Shown in pieces: positions 10,278 through 19,580 of a DNA stretch of 64,000 nucleotides (position 1 is its first letter; each line of letters opens with the position of its first letter). Source of the stretch: Pseudomonadota bacterium (GTDB lineage: Bacteria; Pseudomonadota; Gammaproteobacteria; GCA-002705445; GCA-002716945); assembly GCA_036140295.1 (NCBI GenBank), contig JAYZYL010000001.1, positions 14,163 through 78,162 of the forward strand. Reading direction: 5' to 3'. The notes beneath the pieces were generated by a model that was not told where the DNA came from, made no database searches, and saw only the letters and a program-made list of their open reading frames with translations. The position numbers were made by a program, and so were the translations under genes.

Positions 10278-11568
10278 GCAACTTTAAAACTCTTATGCTA
10301 TTGATTTTTTCTTTAACATTTTTCAAACTTCTAATTTTTTCAATAGCTTTGTTAATAGATGAACCTAAAACTGAATTAGTTATCATTACAATGGGTATTA
10401 ATGAATCAGATGCTTCTGTTTCATGTTGAGTTACAGCCTCAATACTAATATTTTCCTTTGCAAGAATATTTGTTATCTCTGCCATAACACCTGGAACATC
10501 TTCAGCGTGAATACGAAGATAAAAAGGAGTTTCTATTTCATCAATTTTTTTTATCTTTTTATTTTGTGTCCCTATTGATTCACTTATTTTTTGATTTGTT
10601 CTGTCAGTACCTTGATGAAAATTAATTGCTTCGACTAAATTTGCAACAACTGCTGATGCTGTTGCATCTCCTCCAGCTCCATGCCCATAGAGCATTGAAG
10701 AACCAAACCTTTCCCCTTTTATTAGGACCGCATTCATTACATCATGTACTTGCGATAAGATATTCTCCTTCGGTACAAGCATTGGATGGACCCTACTTTC
10801 AACTGAGTTATTGGATTCTTTTGTTATCCCTATATGTTTTATTGAATAACCAAGTTCATTAGCAAATTTTATATCCATTGGCGAAATATCTCTAATTCCT
10901 TCAATGTAAGTTTCCTTATGTGGTAATGGGATTTTATATATTAATGAAGATAGAATTGCAATTTTATGTGCTGCATCATTGCCTCCAACATCAAATGATG
11001 GATCTGCTTCTGCATAACCCAATGTTTGTGCTTCAGTAAGAGCTGTTTCAAAATCTAATTTTTTTGTAGACATTTGATCAAGTATGTAATTACATGTTCC
11101 GTTAATAATTCCAAAAACAGAAAATATCTTTTCGTTGGACATATTTTCAGTCAAAGTTTTTACAATTGGTATGGCACCAGCAACTGATGCTTCAAATCCA
11201 AAAAAAGTTTTAGACTCTTTTGCTAATTTAAAGATTTCATCACCATGCTGAGCTATTAGCGCTTTATTTGCCGTAATAACATGTTTTCCATTCTTAATAG
11301 ACTGAGTTATTATCTCGTATGCAGCTGTTGTTCCTCCAATCAGTTCGATAATGATTGAGATATCAGGGTTCTTTACCAAATCCATAGCATCTTTAGTGGT
11401 AACCACATCTAAATTGCTAAGATTTTTAGATTCAACTTCAAGATCAGCAACATGTGATACTTTAAAATCAATGCATGTGTTGGATCTAATTTTATTTTTG
11501 AATTTAACTATATGATCTAAAGAACTTTGACCAACGGTACCAAGACCACATATACCAATATTAATCAT
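10270..11568 (-). CDS. hom: Homoserine dehydrogenase with ACT domain
   Basis: GLGTVG, TANKAL, FEASVAGAIP, GIINGTCNYIL, LGYAEADP, C-terminal ACT domain. Confidence 0.97.
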   Translation of the reverse strand: MINIGICGLGTVGQSSLDHIVKFKNKIRSNTCIDFKVSHVADLEVESKNLSNLDVVTTKDAMDLVKNPDISIIIELIGGTTAAYEIITQSIKNGKHVITANKALIAQHGDEIFKLAKESKTFFGFEASVAGAIPIVKTLTENMSNEKIFSVFGIINGTCNYILDQMSTKKLDFETALTEAQTLGYAEADPSFDVGGNDAAHKIAILSSLIYKIPLPHKETYIEGIRDISPMDIKFANELGYSIKHIGITKESNNSVESRVHPMLVPKENILSQVHDVMNAVLIKGERFGSSMLYGHGAGGDATASAVVANLVEAINFHQGTDRTNQKISESIGTQNKKIKKIDEIETPFYLRIHAEDVPGVMAEITNILAKENISIEAVTQHETEASDSLIPIVMITNSVLGSSINKAIEKIRSLKNVKEKINSIRVLKLHG

Positions 11569-11628
11569 ATAAATTCCAGTTATAAAAGATTATATATTAG
11601 CATTATTTAATCTATAATTCCTATTAAT

Positions 11629-11994
11629 ATGGAATTAACTCAAGAGCCAAAAGATTCAAAAAATTTTATAAAGAATTATGAAAATAGTGTTATTTATATA
11701 GGAGAATCCTCTTATAAATATGATATTATTTTGTCGCCTAAGAACATTAGAGAATGGGAGATAGATCAAATTGAAAATCTTTCATTAAAAGATTTTTCAG
11801 GAATTCTTGGTCTAGATCCTGAAATTATAATAATTGGAACTGGAGACAAGATGATTGTTCCGAAAAGAGAAATTATAAACAATATTTATGGCCAAGGCAT
11901 TGGCCTAGAATATATGAAAACTGATTCAGCTTGCAAAACTTTTAACATATTACTTTCAGAAGAACGTAAAGTTGTTGCTGCACTACATATATAA
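11629..11994 (+). CDS. Mth938-like domain protein (DUF498)
   Basis: PEIIIIGTG, GIGLEYMKTDSACKTFNILLSEERKVVAAL. Confidence 0.9.
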   Translation: MELTQEPKDSKNFIKNYENSVIYIGESSYKYDIILSPKNIREWEIDQIENLSLKDFSGILGLDPEIIIIGTGDKMIVPKREIINNIYGQGIGLEYMKTDSACKTFNILLSEERKVVAALHI

Positions 11995-12540
11995 TTTAAA
12001 TAGAAAAAAAATAATTAGAACTAGAACTGTTAACTGAAAAAAGTATCTATTTAAATAAAAATTAATATTTTCTCTATATTTATTACTAAGAAAAGCTACC
12101 AAATAAAATCTTAAGCCCCTTCCAATTGTTGAAACAATGATAAACATAAGGAGATTAACAGACATAAATCCAGCTGTGATTGTAAAAACTTTATATGGTA
12201 TAGGAGTAAAACCTGACAAAAATAATATTAAAATACCATATTCTAAAAAGATAACTTTAGCTGCATCAAAATTACTAACATAACCATAATCAACAATATA
12301 TACATAAAGTTCATTAAAAAATAAATTACCTAAATAATAACCAACTATCCCCCCAAGAACAGATGCTAAAGTTGTTATAGCCGCTAAATACAGCCAGTTA
12401 AACTTTTTTGAAAGAACCATAGGAATTAGTAATAAATCTGGTGGAATTGGAAAAAAAATTGATTCAATAAAACTAACAAAACCAAGTATGTATTTTGAGT
12501 TTAATGATTGGAAAAGGTTTATTATTTTTTTAAAGTTCAT
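11983..12540 (-). CDS. yqaA: YqaA/DedA (VTT domain) membrane protein
   Basis: SFIESIFFPIPPDLLLIPM, GFTPIPYKVFTITAG, GRGLRF; follows pcm as in other gammaproteobacteria. Confidence 0.88.
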   Translation of the reverse strand: MNFKKIINLFQSLNSKYILGFVSFIESIFFPIPPDLLLIPMVLSKKFNWLYLAAITTLASVLGGIVGYYLGNLFFNELYVYIVDYGYVSNFDAAKVIFLEYGILILFLSGFTPIPYKVFTITAGFMSVNLLMFIIVSTIGRGLRFYLVAFLSNKYRENINFYLNRYFFQLTVLVLIIFFLFKLYM

Positions 12541-12549
12541 ATTAAGATT

Positions 12550-13221
12550 TTATTCTACAATTCCCTCAATCATTGGGACAAATACAACGTCATCAATTAT
12601 TTTTTTTAGAATACCATTTTTTGTATTTTTTATTCTTAATAAATTTTGTTTTCCTTTATCATCCAATGGAAGAATCATTCGTCCATTTTCTTTTAACTGT
12701 TTAATAAGATCTTTTGGTATTTCTGTTGGCGCTGCTGTCATCAAAATTGCATCGTAAGGAGAGTTTTTGATTGATCCTTTAAACCCATCTCCAAAGAGAC
12801 ATTTTATATTTTTAAATCCCATTTTTTTAAGAAGTGTGCTTGTACGAGTATATAAGGGTTTTATTCTTTCAATTGTTATAACCTCTTTAAAAATTGATGC
12901 CAAAATTGCTGTTTGATACCCTGATCCTGTTCCTATCTCTAAAACATTTTCCATATTATCATTTTCTATAATTAATTGAGTCATTTTTCCTACTATGTAC
13001 GGTTGTGAAATTGTTTGATTATATCCTATGGGTAAAGCTGTGTTCTCGTATGCCCTATCCTTGAGCGCTGTTTCTATAAATAAATGTCTTGGCATATTCT
13101 TAATCATTTCTAATACAATTTTATTATTAATTCCTTGTTTTCTTAAATGTTCAATAAGCTTTATGCGTACATCTAAAGATGTAAGTCCACTTCCAAGAAT
13201 TTTTTTATTAGATTTTGTCAT
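12550..13221 (-). CDS. pcm: Protein-L-isoaspartate O-methyltransferase
   Basis: PRHLF, AYENTALPIGYNQTISQP, VLEIGTGSGYQTA. Confidence 0.97.
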   Translation of the reverse strand: MTKSNKKILGSGLTSLDVRIKLIEHLRKQGINNKIVLEMIKNMPRHLFIETALKDRAYENTALPIGYNQTISQPYIVGKMTQLIIENDNMENVLEIGTGSGYQTAILASIFKEVITIERIKPLYTRTSTLLKKMGFKNIKCLFGDGFKGSIKNSPYDAILMTAAPTEIPKDLIKQLKENGRMILPLDDKGKQNLLRIKNTKNGILKKIIDDVVFVPMIEGIVE

Positions 13222-13951
13222 GGTTTTTCTTAAGCTTTATTAAGGCAGTATTGTCACACATATCAGTGGATAATGGAGTAATTGAAATATAGCCATTCCG
13301 TATTGCTAAAAAATCTGATGTATTTTTCATAGGAATACTCTTTCCTACAGGACCAATAGAGAAAAAAGTCTTTCTTCCTTTCTGATTTTTTTTTGCTCGC
13401 CCAGAGACCATTCTTTTCCCGAGACATGTAAATCTGACCCCTTTGATTTTTTCAAATGGTATATCAGGTATATTCACATTAAATATATTTTTCATTCTGT
13501 ATAACTTTCTAAAGAAAACTTCTAGCACTAAATCAATTTTCATTTCAATGTCAGAAATATATTTTGGTTTTTTTGAAGTAATGGAAATAGCGATAGGAGC
13601 ATATTTGCAAAACCTTCCTTCAATAGCGGCTGCTACTGTTCCAGAATAAATAACATCATCACCTAAGTTTGAACCAAAATTAACGCCTGAAACAACAATA
13701 TCTGGCATTTTTTTAAAAATACCTCTTGTGACAATATGTACTGAGTCAGCTGATGTTCCATCTATTATGTAGTGTGATGAATCAATCTTTTTAATTTCTA
13801 CGCTAGAATGAACAGATAATGAACTACTGCAAGCACTAACATCATTTTTTGGGACCGCTACAATTACAGACCCAAACTTTTTCAGACATTTTTTGATAAT
13901 GGGTAAACTTTTTGCTGTTTTTCCATCATCATTTGATAGTAAAATTTTCAT
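13208..13951 (-). CDS. surE: 5'/3'-nucleotidase SurE
   Basis: ILLSNDDG, GVNFGSNLGDDVIYSGTVAAA, GYISITPL. Confidence 0.95.
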   Translation of the reverse strand: MKILLSNDDGKTAKSLPIIKKCLKKFGSVIVAVPKNDVSACSSSLSVHSSVEIKKIDSSHYIIDGTSADSVHIVTRGIFKKMPDIVVSGVNFGSNLGDDVIYSGTVAAAIEGRFCKYAPIAISITSKKPKYISDIEMKIDLVLEVFFRKLYRMKNIFNVNIPDIPFEKIKGVRFTCLGKRMVSGRAKKNQKGRKTFFSIGPVGKSIPMKNTSDFLAIRNGYISITPLSTDMCDNTALIKLKKNHDKI

Positions 13952-14020
13952 TAATTAGTCGTATATGATATTTAAACTACATTATACTCAATAATATAAT
14001 AATTAGTATGAGAAAGTGAA

Positions 14021-14527
14021 ATGGATGAAAAGGATAAAAAGCTTAGTGAATTTAAAAAATTACTTGATGAATCAGGAATCAATATTGATGAAGTATTAAG
14101 CCAAAAAGGTCTGATTAAAAATTCAATTTTAAAAAAAGAATTTAAGCCTGTTTATTTAAATGAAGAAGAATTACAACAAGAATTACCAGATATAATAACA
14201 GGGTATAAAAATCAAGGTGTTCAACAAAATATACTAGAAAAATTAATGAAAACTAAACGAAATTATAATTTTAAAGAAGGAGAGATTGATTTGCATGGAG
14301 AGACTGTTCAGACAGCTCAAATGAAAATTAATAATCATATAGAGAAGTGTTATAAAATGAATATAAATTATCTTCTGATAATCACTGGGAAAGGATCTTC
14401 TGAAACACTATCTCCTCTAAAAAAATTAGTATTTATTATGTTAAAAAAGTTTTTAATCGTAGAGGCTGTATGCTACGCAAAAAACCATGGGGGTTCTGGT
14501 GCTTTTTATGTACAAATAAAGAATTAA
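14021..14527 (+). CDS. Smr/MutS2-domain protein
   Basis: IDLHG, IITGKG, GGSGAFYV. Confidence 0.88.
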   Translation: MDEKDKKLSEFKKLLDESGINIDEVLSQKGLIKNSILKKEFKPVYLNEEELQQELPDIITGYKNQGVQQNILEKLMKTKRNYNFKEGEIDLHGETVQTAQMKINNHIEKCYKMNINYLLIITGKGSSETLSPLKKLVFIMLKKFLIVEAVCYAKNHGGSGAFYVQIKN

Positions 14528-15255
14528 GTATAATTTACCTCCTTCATTAAATCATTGACTCCCTTCTTTGTTAGCTCTTTAAATTTTCCTAATTTTAGAT
14601 TTCCCAAGCAGACGGAAGAATATTTTATTCTTTTTAATTTTTTTACCATATGTCCTAACCCTTTAAAAATTCTTCTTACCTCACGATATCTTCCTCTATT
14701 AAGAGTCACTTCATAAGAACTTTTATAATTTCCTTTAAGTTTTTTTATATTTAGGAAATTTCCTATTTCATTTTCTCCAATTTTTACTCCTCTTTTCATT
14801 TTCGATAATTCACTTTTATTAAGTTCTGAAGAAATTGTTACATGGTATTTTCTTAAATTATTATATGAAGGGTGCATTAATCTATGCGCAAGTTCACCGT
14901 TATTAGTAAATAATAATAATCCTGATGTGTTCATATCTAACCTTCCTATATTAATCAACTTTGAATCTACTTTTGGTAAATTTTTAAAAACTGTTTTTCT
15001 TTTATGTGTATCTTTATGTGTTACTATCTCTCCTACCAACTTGTTATATAAAATAACTCTAATATTTTTATTAAATAATTTTCTATCGATTATATATAAT
15101 TTTCCATTTACAGAAACAGAGTCATTTTCCTTAATTTTTGAACCTAGAATAGCTATTTGATTATTAATTTTAATTTTCTTTTGGAGTATAAGCTTTTCAC
15201 ACTCCCTTCTTGAGGAAATTCCAAGCATTGATAAAATTTTCTGTACCCTATACAT
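14524..15255 (-). CDS. rluB: rRNA pseudouridine synthase, RluB/RsuA family
   Basis: S4 domain (RVQKIL...SRRECE), IGRLDMNTSGLLLFTNNGELAHRLMHPS; near scpAB. Confidence 0.88.
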   Translation of the reverse strand: MYRVQKILSMLGISSRRECEKLILQKKIKINNQIAILGSKIKENDSVSVNGKLYIIDRKLFNKNIRVILYNKLVGEIVTHKDTHKRKTVFKNLPKVDSKLINIGRLDMNTSGLLLFTNNGELAHRLMHPSYNNLRKYHVTISSELNKSELSKMKRGVKIGENEIGNFLNIKKLKGNYKSSYEVTLNRGRYREVRRIFKGLGHMVKKLKRIKYSSVCLGNLKLGKFKELTKKGVNDLMKEVNYT

Positions 15256-15303
15256 TAAAAAACTCTTTATTATATTACTTTTATTAACATATAATTAGAT
15301 AAA

Positions 15304-15804
15304 ATGAAAAAATTAAATGTTGTATTAGTGACTATTTCTGACTCAAGAACAGTTGAGACAGATAAATCTGGTAAAGTTCTAAGAGAATTGATAGAGAAGT
15401 CTGGACACAAAGTCCTAGAGAAATTAATTGTGCCTGATGATATATATCAAATTAGATCCATTGTCTCTAAATATATATCACAAAATAATATTGATGTTGT
15501 AATAACTAGTGGTGGAACAGGAATTACTGGAAGGGATGGAACTCCTGAGGCAATAAAGCCTCTTTTAGATAAGGAAATTGATGGGTTTGGAGAATTATTT
15601 AGATCTTTATCTTTTAAAAAAATTAAGACATCTTCGTTACAGAGCAGAGCATTAGCTGGTGTTGCAAATTCAACTTTTGTATTTGTTCTTCCAGGATCGA
15701 CTGATGCATGTAAAACAGCTTGGAAAAATATAATGGAACATCAGCTAAACAGCAATACTAAACCATGTAATTTAGTTATGCTCATTCCGCGCTTAAAAGA
15801 ATAA
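15304..15804 (+). CDS. moaB: Molybdenum cofactor biosynthesis protein B
   Basis: TISDSR, D-KSG, TSGGTGITGRDGTPEA, LQSRALAG, PCNLV. Confidence 0.93.
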   Translation: MKKLNVVLVTISDSRTVETDKSGKVLRELIEKSGHKVLEKLIVPDDIYQIRSIVSKYISQNNIDVVITSGGTGITGRDGTPEAIKPLLDKEIDGFGELFRSLSFKKIKTSSLQSRALAGVANSTFVFVLPGSTDACKTAWKNIMEHQLNSNTKPCNLVMLIPRLKE

Positions 15805-16332
15805 TTAAATAGGTTCAATATCTTTACTAATTGGCAGTTCACTCAAAGATTTTAAATTAAAATAATCCAAAAATTTTTTAGTTGTGGCTAGTAATTCTGG
15901 TTTCCCTGGGGTTTCTTTGTGGCCTACAATTTTAATCCATTCCCTTTCTAATAAACTTCTTATAATATTTGGATTTACAGTAACTCCTCTTATATTCTCA
16001 ATGTCACCTCTCGTAACGGGTTGTTTGTACGCAATAATCACCAATGTTTCAAGAAAAGCTTTAGAATATCTATTGCTGGGTGCCTTATTTAATTTTTGAA
16101 GCCATTCGTCAAAACCTGTTTTAATTTGTATTCTATAACCACTTGCAACCATTACAATTTCAAATACTCTTTTATTATAATCATTATTTAAATTATCTAT
16201 TATTTCTTTTACTTTATTTTTAGATGGTTTAGATTTCTCAAACAAGTTGGCAAGTTCTTGAAGACTCATTGGTTCATGAGAAGCAAAAAGAGCAGCTTCA
16301 ATAATCTGTTTTGTTAAGTTTGGATCGCTCAT
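15805..16332 (-). CDS. scpB: SMC-Scp complex subunit ScpB
   Basis: IIEAALFAS, LETLVIIAYKQPVTRGDIENIRGV, GKPEL-x-TT-x2-FLDYF. Confidence 0.96.
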   Translation of the reverse strand: MSDPNLTKQIIEAALFASHEPMSLQELANLFEKSKPSKNKVKEIIDNLNNDYNKRVFEIVMVASGYRIQIKTGFDEWLQKLNKAPSNRYSKAFLETLVIIAYKQPVTRGDIENIRGVTVNPNIIRSLLEREWIKIVGHKETPGKPELLATTKKFLDYFNLKSLSELPISKDIEPI

Positions 16333-17120
16333 TGTTTCTTTAATTGTAAGTAAATAGTTGAATAATTTTCATTCTGCAATATATCTATAAGATTCTCTTT
16401 CACCAATTCCAGTATTGCTAGAAAAGTTACAACGACTCCCATTCTTCCTTCATTAACATTAAAAAATTCTATAAAATTTATAGTTTCATTACTTTGTAAA
16501 TCATTTAAAATATTTGACATTCTTTCACGTACAGACAGTGGCTCTGACTGAATATCATGAGAAGCCAAAATATCTGCTCTTCTGAGAACATCTTTAAAAA
16601 CTTCTTCTAACTGCGCAATTTCTATGGTTGGCTCAGTCTCTTTCTTTTGAAAATGAACTATTATGCCTGACGCAAGAAATGTATCCCTATCCACTCTCGC
16701 TATTGAATCAACTTCAGAACTTAATTCCTTATATTTCTGATATTCTAATAGTCGTTTAACTAAATTTGCGCGGGGATCTTCTTCGTCTTCATCTTCATTA
16801 TCAATTGGAAGTAACATTCTTGATTTTATTTCAGCAAGTGTGGAGGCCATAACAAGATAATCAGATGCCAATTCAAATTTCATTGACTCCATTAAATTGA
16901 TGTATTCAACATATTGTTCAGTTATTGGCAAAATTGGAATATCTACTATATCTATATTTTGTTTTTTTATTAAATATAACAGTAAATCTAATGGACCTTC
17001 AAATTCTTCTAAAATAACCCTCAGTGCTTCGGGTGGAATAAACAAATCTTCTGGAATATCAGTAATTTGTTTACCCTTAACAATTGCCTCAATAGTTTTC
17101 TCGTTATTTATCATGCTCAT
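16329..17120 (-). CDS. scpA: Segregation and condensation protein ScpA
   Basis: FEGPLDLLLYLIKKQNIDI, YLVMASTLAEIKSRMLLP, VVVTFLAILEL. Confidence 0.96.
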   Translation of the reverse strand: MSMINNEKTIEAIVKGKQITDIPEDLFIPPEALRVILEEFEGPLDLLLYLIKKQNIDIVDIPILPITEQYVEYINLMESMKFELASDYLVMASTLAEIKSRMLLPIDNEDEDEEDPRANLVKRLLEYQKYKELSSEVDSIARVDRDTFLASGIIVHFQKKETEPTIEIAQLEEVFKDVLRRADILASHDIQSEPLSVRERMSNILNDLQSNETINFIEFFNVNEGRMGVVVTFLAILELVKENLIDILQNENYSTIYLQLKKQ

Positions 17121-18127
17121 TGTTTTTTATGGACTACCCCAATAATTTCTTTTATTTCTATAATTGACTTCCCTGTAATATCCTTAGCTCTTTTGGCTCC
17201 ATCACGAAGTGTTTTATCCAAATATTCTTTATCACTCAACAGTTTTTTTGTTTCAGATGCAATTGGCTCAACAATTTTGATAATACAATTTGCTAGCTCC
17301 TTTTTAAAAGCCGAGATATCTTGTGATGCAAATTTTTCCACAACATTTTCCTTTTCAGTCTCGGAACAAGCAGAGAAAATATTAATTAAATTCTCTATTT
17401 CTGGTCTTTTCTTTGCCCCCTCAATAGAGGTTGGCATTTTTAATGAGTCTGTTTTGGCTTTCATGACTTTTTTTAAAACCTCATCATTTGTGTCTGTCAT
17501 CATTATTCTTGAATATCCCGAAGGATCAGATTTGCTCATTTTTTTCTTTCCATCACGGAGACTCATAATCCTTGGTGCTGCTTTGTTAATAAGTGATTCG
17601 GGGACAGTAAAATAGCTTTTTTTATAATCAGTATTAAATTTTTGAGCTATATCTCTCGCTAATTCTAAATGTTGTTTTTGGTCGTCACCAACTGGAACGT
17701 GTGTTGCTTTGTATAACAATATATCTGCTGCCATTAAAATTGGATACGTATATAAGCCGACTGTTGCTGCCTCTTTATCTTTTCCTGCCTTATCTTTAAA
17801 TTGAGTCATCCTGTTTAACCAACCAATCTTTGCTGTACAACCTAAAATCCAGGCAAGTTGGGCATGTTCAGATACTTGCGATTGATTAAAGATTATATTT
17901 TTTTTTGGGTCTATCCCACTTGCAATAAAAATTGCTAAGACTTCCCGTGTTCTTATTGGCAATAGCTGTGGGTCTTGCCAAACAGTAATGGCATGCAAGT
18001 CAACTATAGAAAAAATACAATTATTTGTATTTTGTAGATTAGCAAATTGTTTTAAGGCTCCTAAATAATTTCCTAGATGAATTTCACCTGAAGGCTGAAC
18101 ACCCGAAAAAACTATCTTTTTATCCAT
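17117..18127 (-). CDS. trpS: Tryptophanyl-tRNA synthetase (alphaproteobacterial-like sequence)
   Basis: HLGNY (HIGH) and KMSKS motifs; YPILMAADIL, VPVGDDQKQHLEL. Confidence 0.97.
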   Translation of the reverse strand: MDKKIVFSGVQPSGEIHLGNYLGALKQFANLQNTNNCIFSIVDLHAITVWQDPQLLPIRTREVLAIFIASGIDPKKNIIFNQSQVSEHAQLAWILGCTAKIGWLNRMTQFKDKAGKDKEAATVGLYTYPILMAADILLYKATHVPVGDDQKQHLELARDIAQKFNTDYKKSYFTVPESLINKAAPRIMSLRDGKKKMSKSDPSGYSRIMMTDTNDEVLKKVMKAKTDSLKMPTSIEGAKKRPEIENLINIFSACSETEKENVVEKFASQDISAFKKELANCIIKIVEPIASETKKLLSDKEYLDKTLRDGAKRAKDITGKSIIEIKEIIGVVHKKQ

Positions 18128-18157
18128 CTAACCTTCCTTACAGATCTATTAATTTTA

Positions 18158-18166
18158 ATTCTAACA
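18158..18166 (-). promoter_or_regulatory. Extended -10 (TGTTAGAAT) for trpS-scpA-scpB
   Basis: TGn-TAGAAT about 30 nt upstream of the trpS ATG, followed by SD AAGGAAGGT. Confidence 0.5.
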
Positions 18167-18181
18167 CAAACAATAAAAACA

Positions 18182-18201
18182 CTCTTTATATATGTAAAGA
18201 G
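18182..18201. repeat. 7-bp inverted repeat CTCTTTA-N6-TAAAGAG (possible weak minus-strand terminator or operator)
   Basis: Perfect stem; on the minus strand it is followed by TGTTTTTATTGTTTG; overlaps the expected -35 of bolA. Confidence 0.4.
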
Positions 18202-18226
18202 GTAGCTTTTTTAATATAATAGCAGG

Positions 18227-18493
18227 ATGACAGAAAAGAGGATAAAATTAATTAGAGAAAAATTAGGTTCATTAGCCCCTCTGAAGGTTGACATAAAAGA
18301 TCAAGGTCATCTTCATGTTGGTCATGCTGGAGCTAAGTCAGGAGGTCATTTTGATGTTTTTATTGTCTCAGCTAAATTTAACGGGAAAAATTTGGTGGAA
18401 AGACACAAAATGATATATGAGTGTTTGGACGTCCTGATGAAAACTGAAATTCATGCATTGTCTATTAAGGCTTTAAGTTCCGATGAGATCTAG
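18227..18493 (+). CDS. bolA: BolA family protein
   Basis: HLHVGHAGAKSGGHF, RHKMIY, EIHALSI. Confidence 0.93.
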   Translation: MTEKRIKLIREKLGSLAPLKVDIKDQGHLHVGHAGAKSGGHFDVFIVSAKFNGKNLVERHKMIYECLDVLMKTEIHALSIKALSSDEI

Positions 18494-18949
18494 TTTTTTA
18501 CAGTAGACTAATGCATCTTCTTTCCCATCTTTCGTTTTGTAATAGTTAGGTCTTATCCCTATTTTTTTAAATTCATATTTATTATACAAATGTTTTGCCG
18601 CTTCATTAGTTTTTCTTGTTTCTAAAAAAATTGCCTGGGAACCAAGTAATTTTGATTTAGATAAAGCTAAATCAAGTAATTGAGAACCAATTCCTTTTTC
18701 TCTTTGCCTATTTTCAACTGTTAAATTTAGTATGTGACTTTCTGGAAATGATATCTTAGAAATCAAATATCCAAGTACTTCCCCGTTTTGAGCTGCTACA
18801 TAACAGTCATATTTATTTTCAAGACACCCATACAAAATTTTATTAGACCACGGATAATCATATGATTTGTTTTCAATTTGAATAACTTGGGAAAGGTCAT
18901 CAAATCCCATTGGTCGAATATGTATTGATTTAAAGGCTTTAGCAATCAT
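18473..18949 (-). CDS. rimI: Ribosomal protein S18 alanine N-acetyltransferase
   Basis: YPWS, ESHILNLTV, GIGSQLL, FLETRKTN, GIRPNYY, EDAL. Confidence 0.93.
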   Translation of the reverse strand: MIAKAFKSIHIRPMGFDDLSQVIQIENKSYDYPWSNKILYGCLENKYDCYVAAQNGEVLGYLISKISFPESHILNLTVENRQREKGIGSQLLDLALSKSKLLGSQAIFLETRKTNEAAKHLYNKYEFKKIGIRPNYYKTKDGKEDALVYCKKLDLIGT

Positions 18950-19580
18950 ATTCTTCTAGGATAGATTTTAAATATATTAAATCTTCCCATACTTTTCTTT
19001 TCTCCACAGGATTTCTGAGCAAATAAGCTGGGTGATAAAAAACAATGATTGGAATATTTTTTGATTCTAAAAAAAAGGTTCTTTTCCTAAGTTCTGCCAT
19101 AGAACTTTCGTTCTTTATTACTCTATCAGCTGCAACTTTACCTAAAAGAACTATGACTTTTGGGTTAATTAATTCAATTTGTTTCTCTAAATAATCTGCA
19201 CAGAAATTTACTTCTTCCGAAGAAGGGTTCCGGTTGTTTGGAGGTCTACACTTGACTGTATTCGCAATGTATACATCTCTTCTCTCGAGATTAATTGCAG
19301 CAAGAATTTCTGTTAGAAGTTTCCCTGCTCTTCCAACAAATGGTTTTCCCTCTTTATCTTCATCTCTACCAGGAGCCTCTCCAATAAATAAGATTTTAGC
19401 TGATTCACTTCCATCGCCAAAAACAGTTTTGTTACGCGTTTTATGTAATTCACATTTAGTGCAGTTTGAGACAACAATTTGTAAGGACTTTAATTCAGAA
19501 TCTGAAGGGCTTTTATAGTTTTGCTTATACCAAAAAGCCTCAACACCCATTTCATTTAGGTATTGATTAAATTTATTCAT
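18939..19580 (-). CDS. Uracil-DNA glycosylase, family 4 (4Fe-4S)
   Basis: CTKCEL, GEAPG-x2-ED-x2-GKPFVGRAG, VKCRPP-x-NR, YHPAYLLR. Confidence 0.93.
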   Translation of the reverse strand: MNKFNQYLNEMGVEAFWYKQNYKSPSDSELKSLQIVVSNCTKCELHKTRNKTVFGDGSESAKILFIGEAPGRDEDKEGKPFVGRAGKLLTEILAAINLERRDVYIANTVKCRPPNNRNPSSEEVNFCADYLEKQIELINPKVIVLLGKVAADRVIKNESSMAELRKRTFFLESKNIPIIVFYHPAYLLRNPVEKRKVWEDLIYLKSILEEYDC

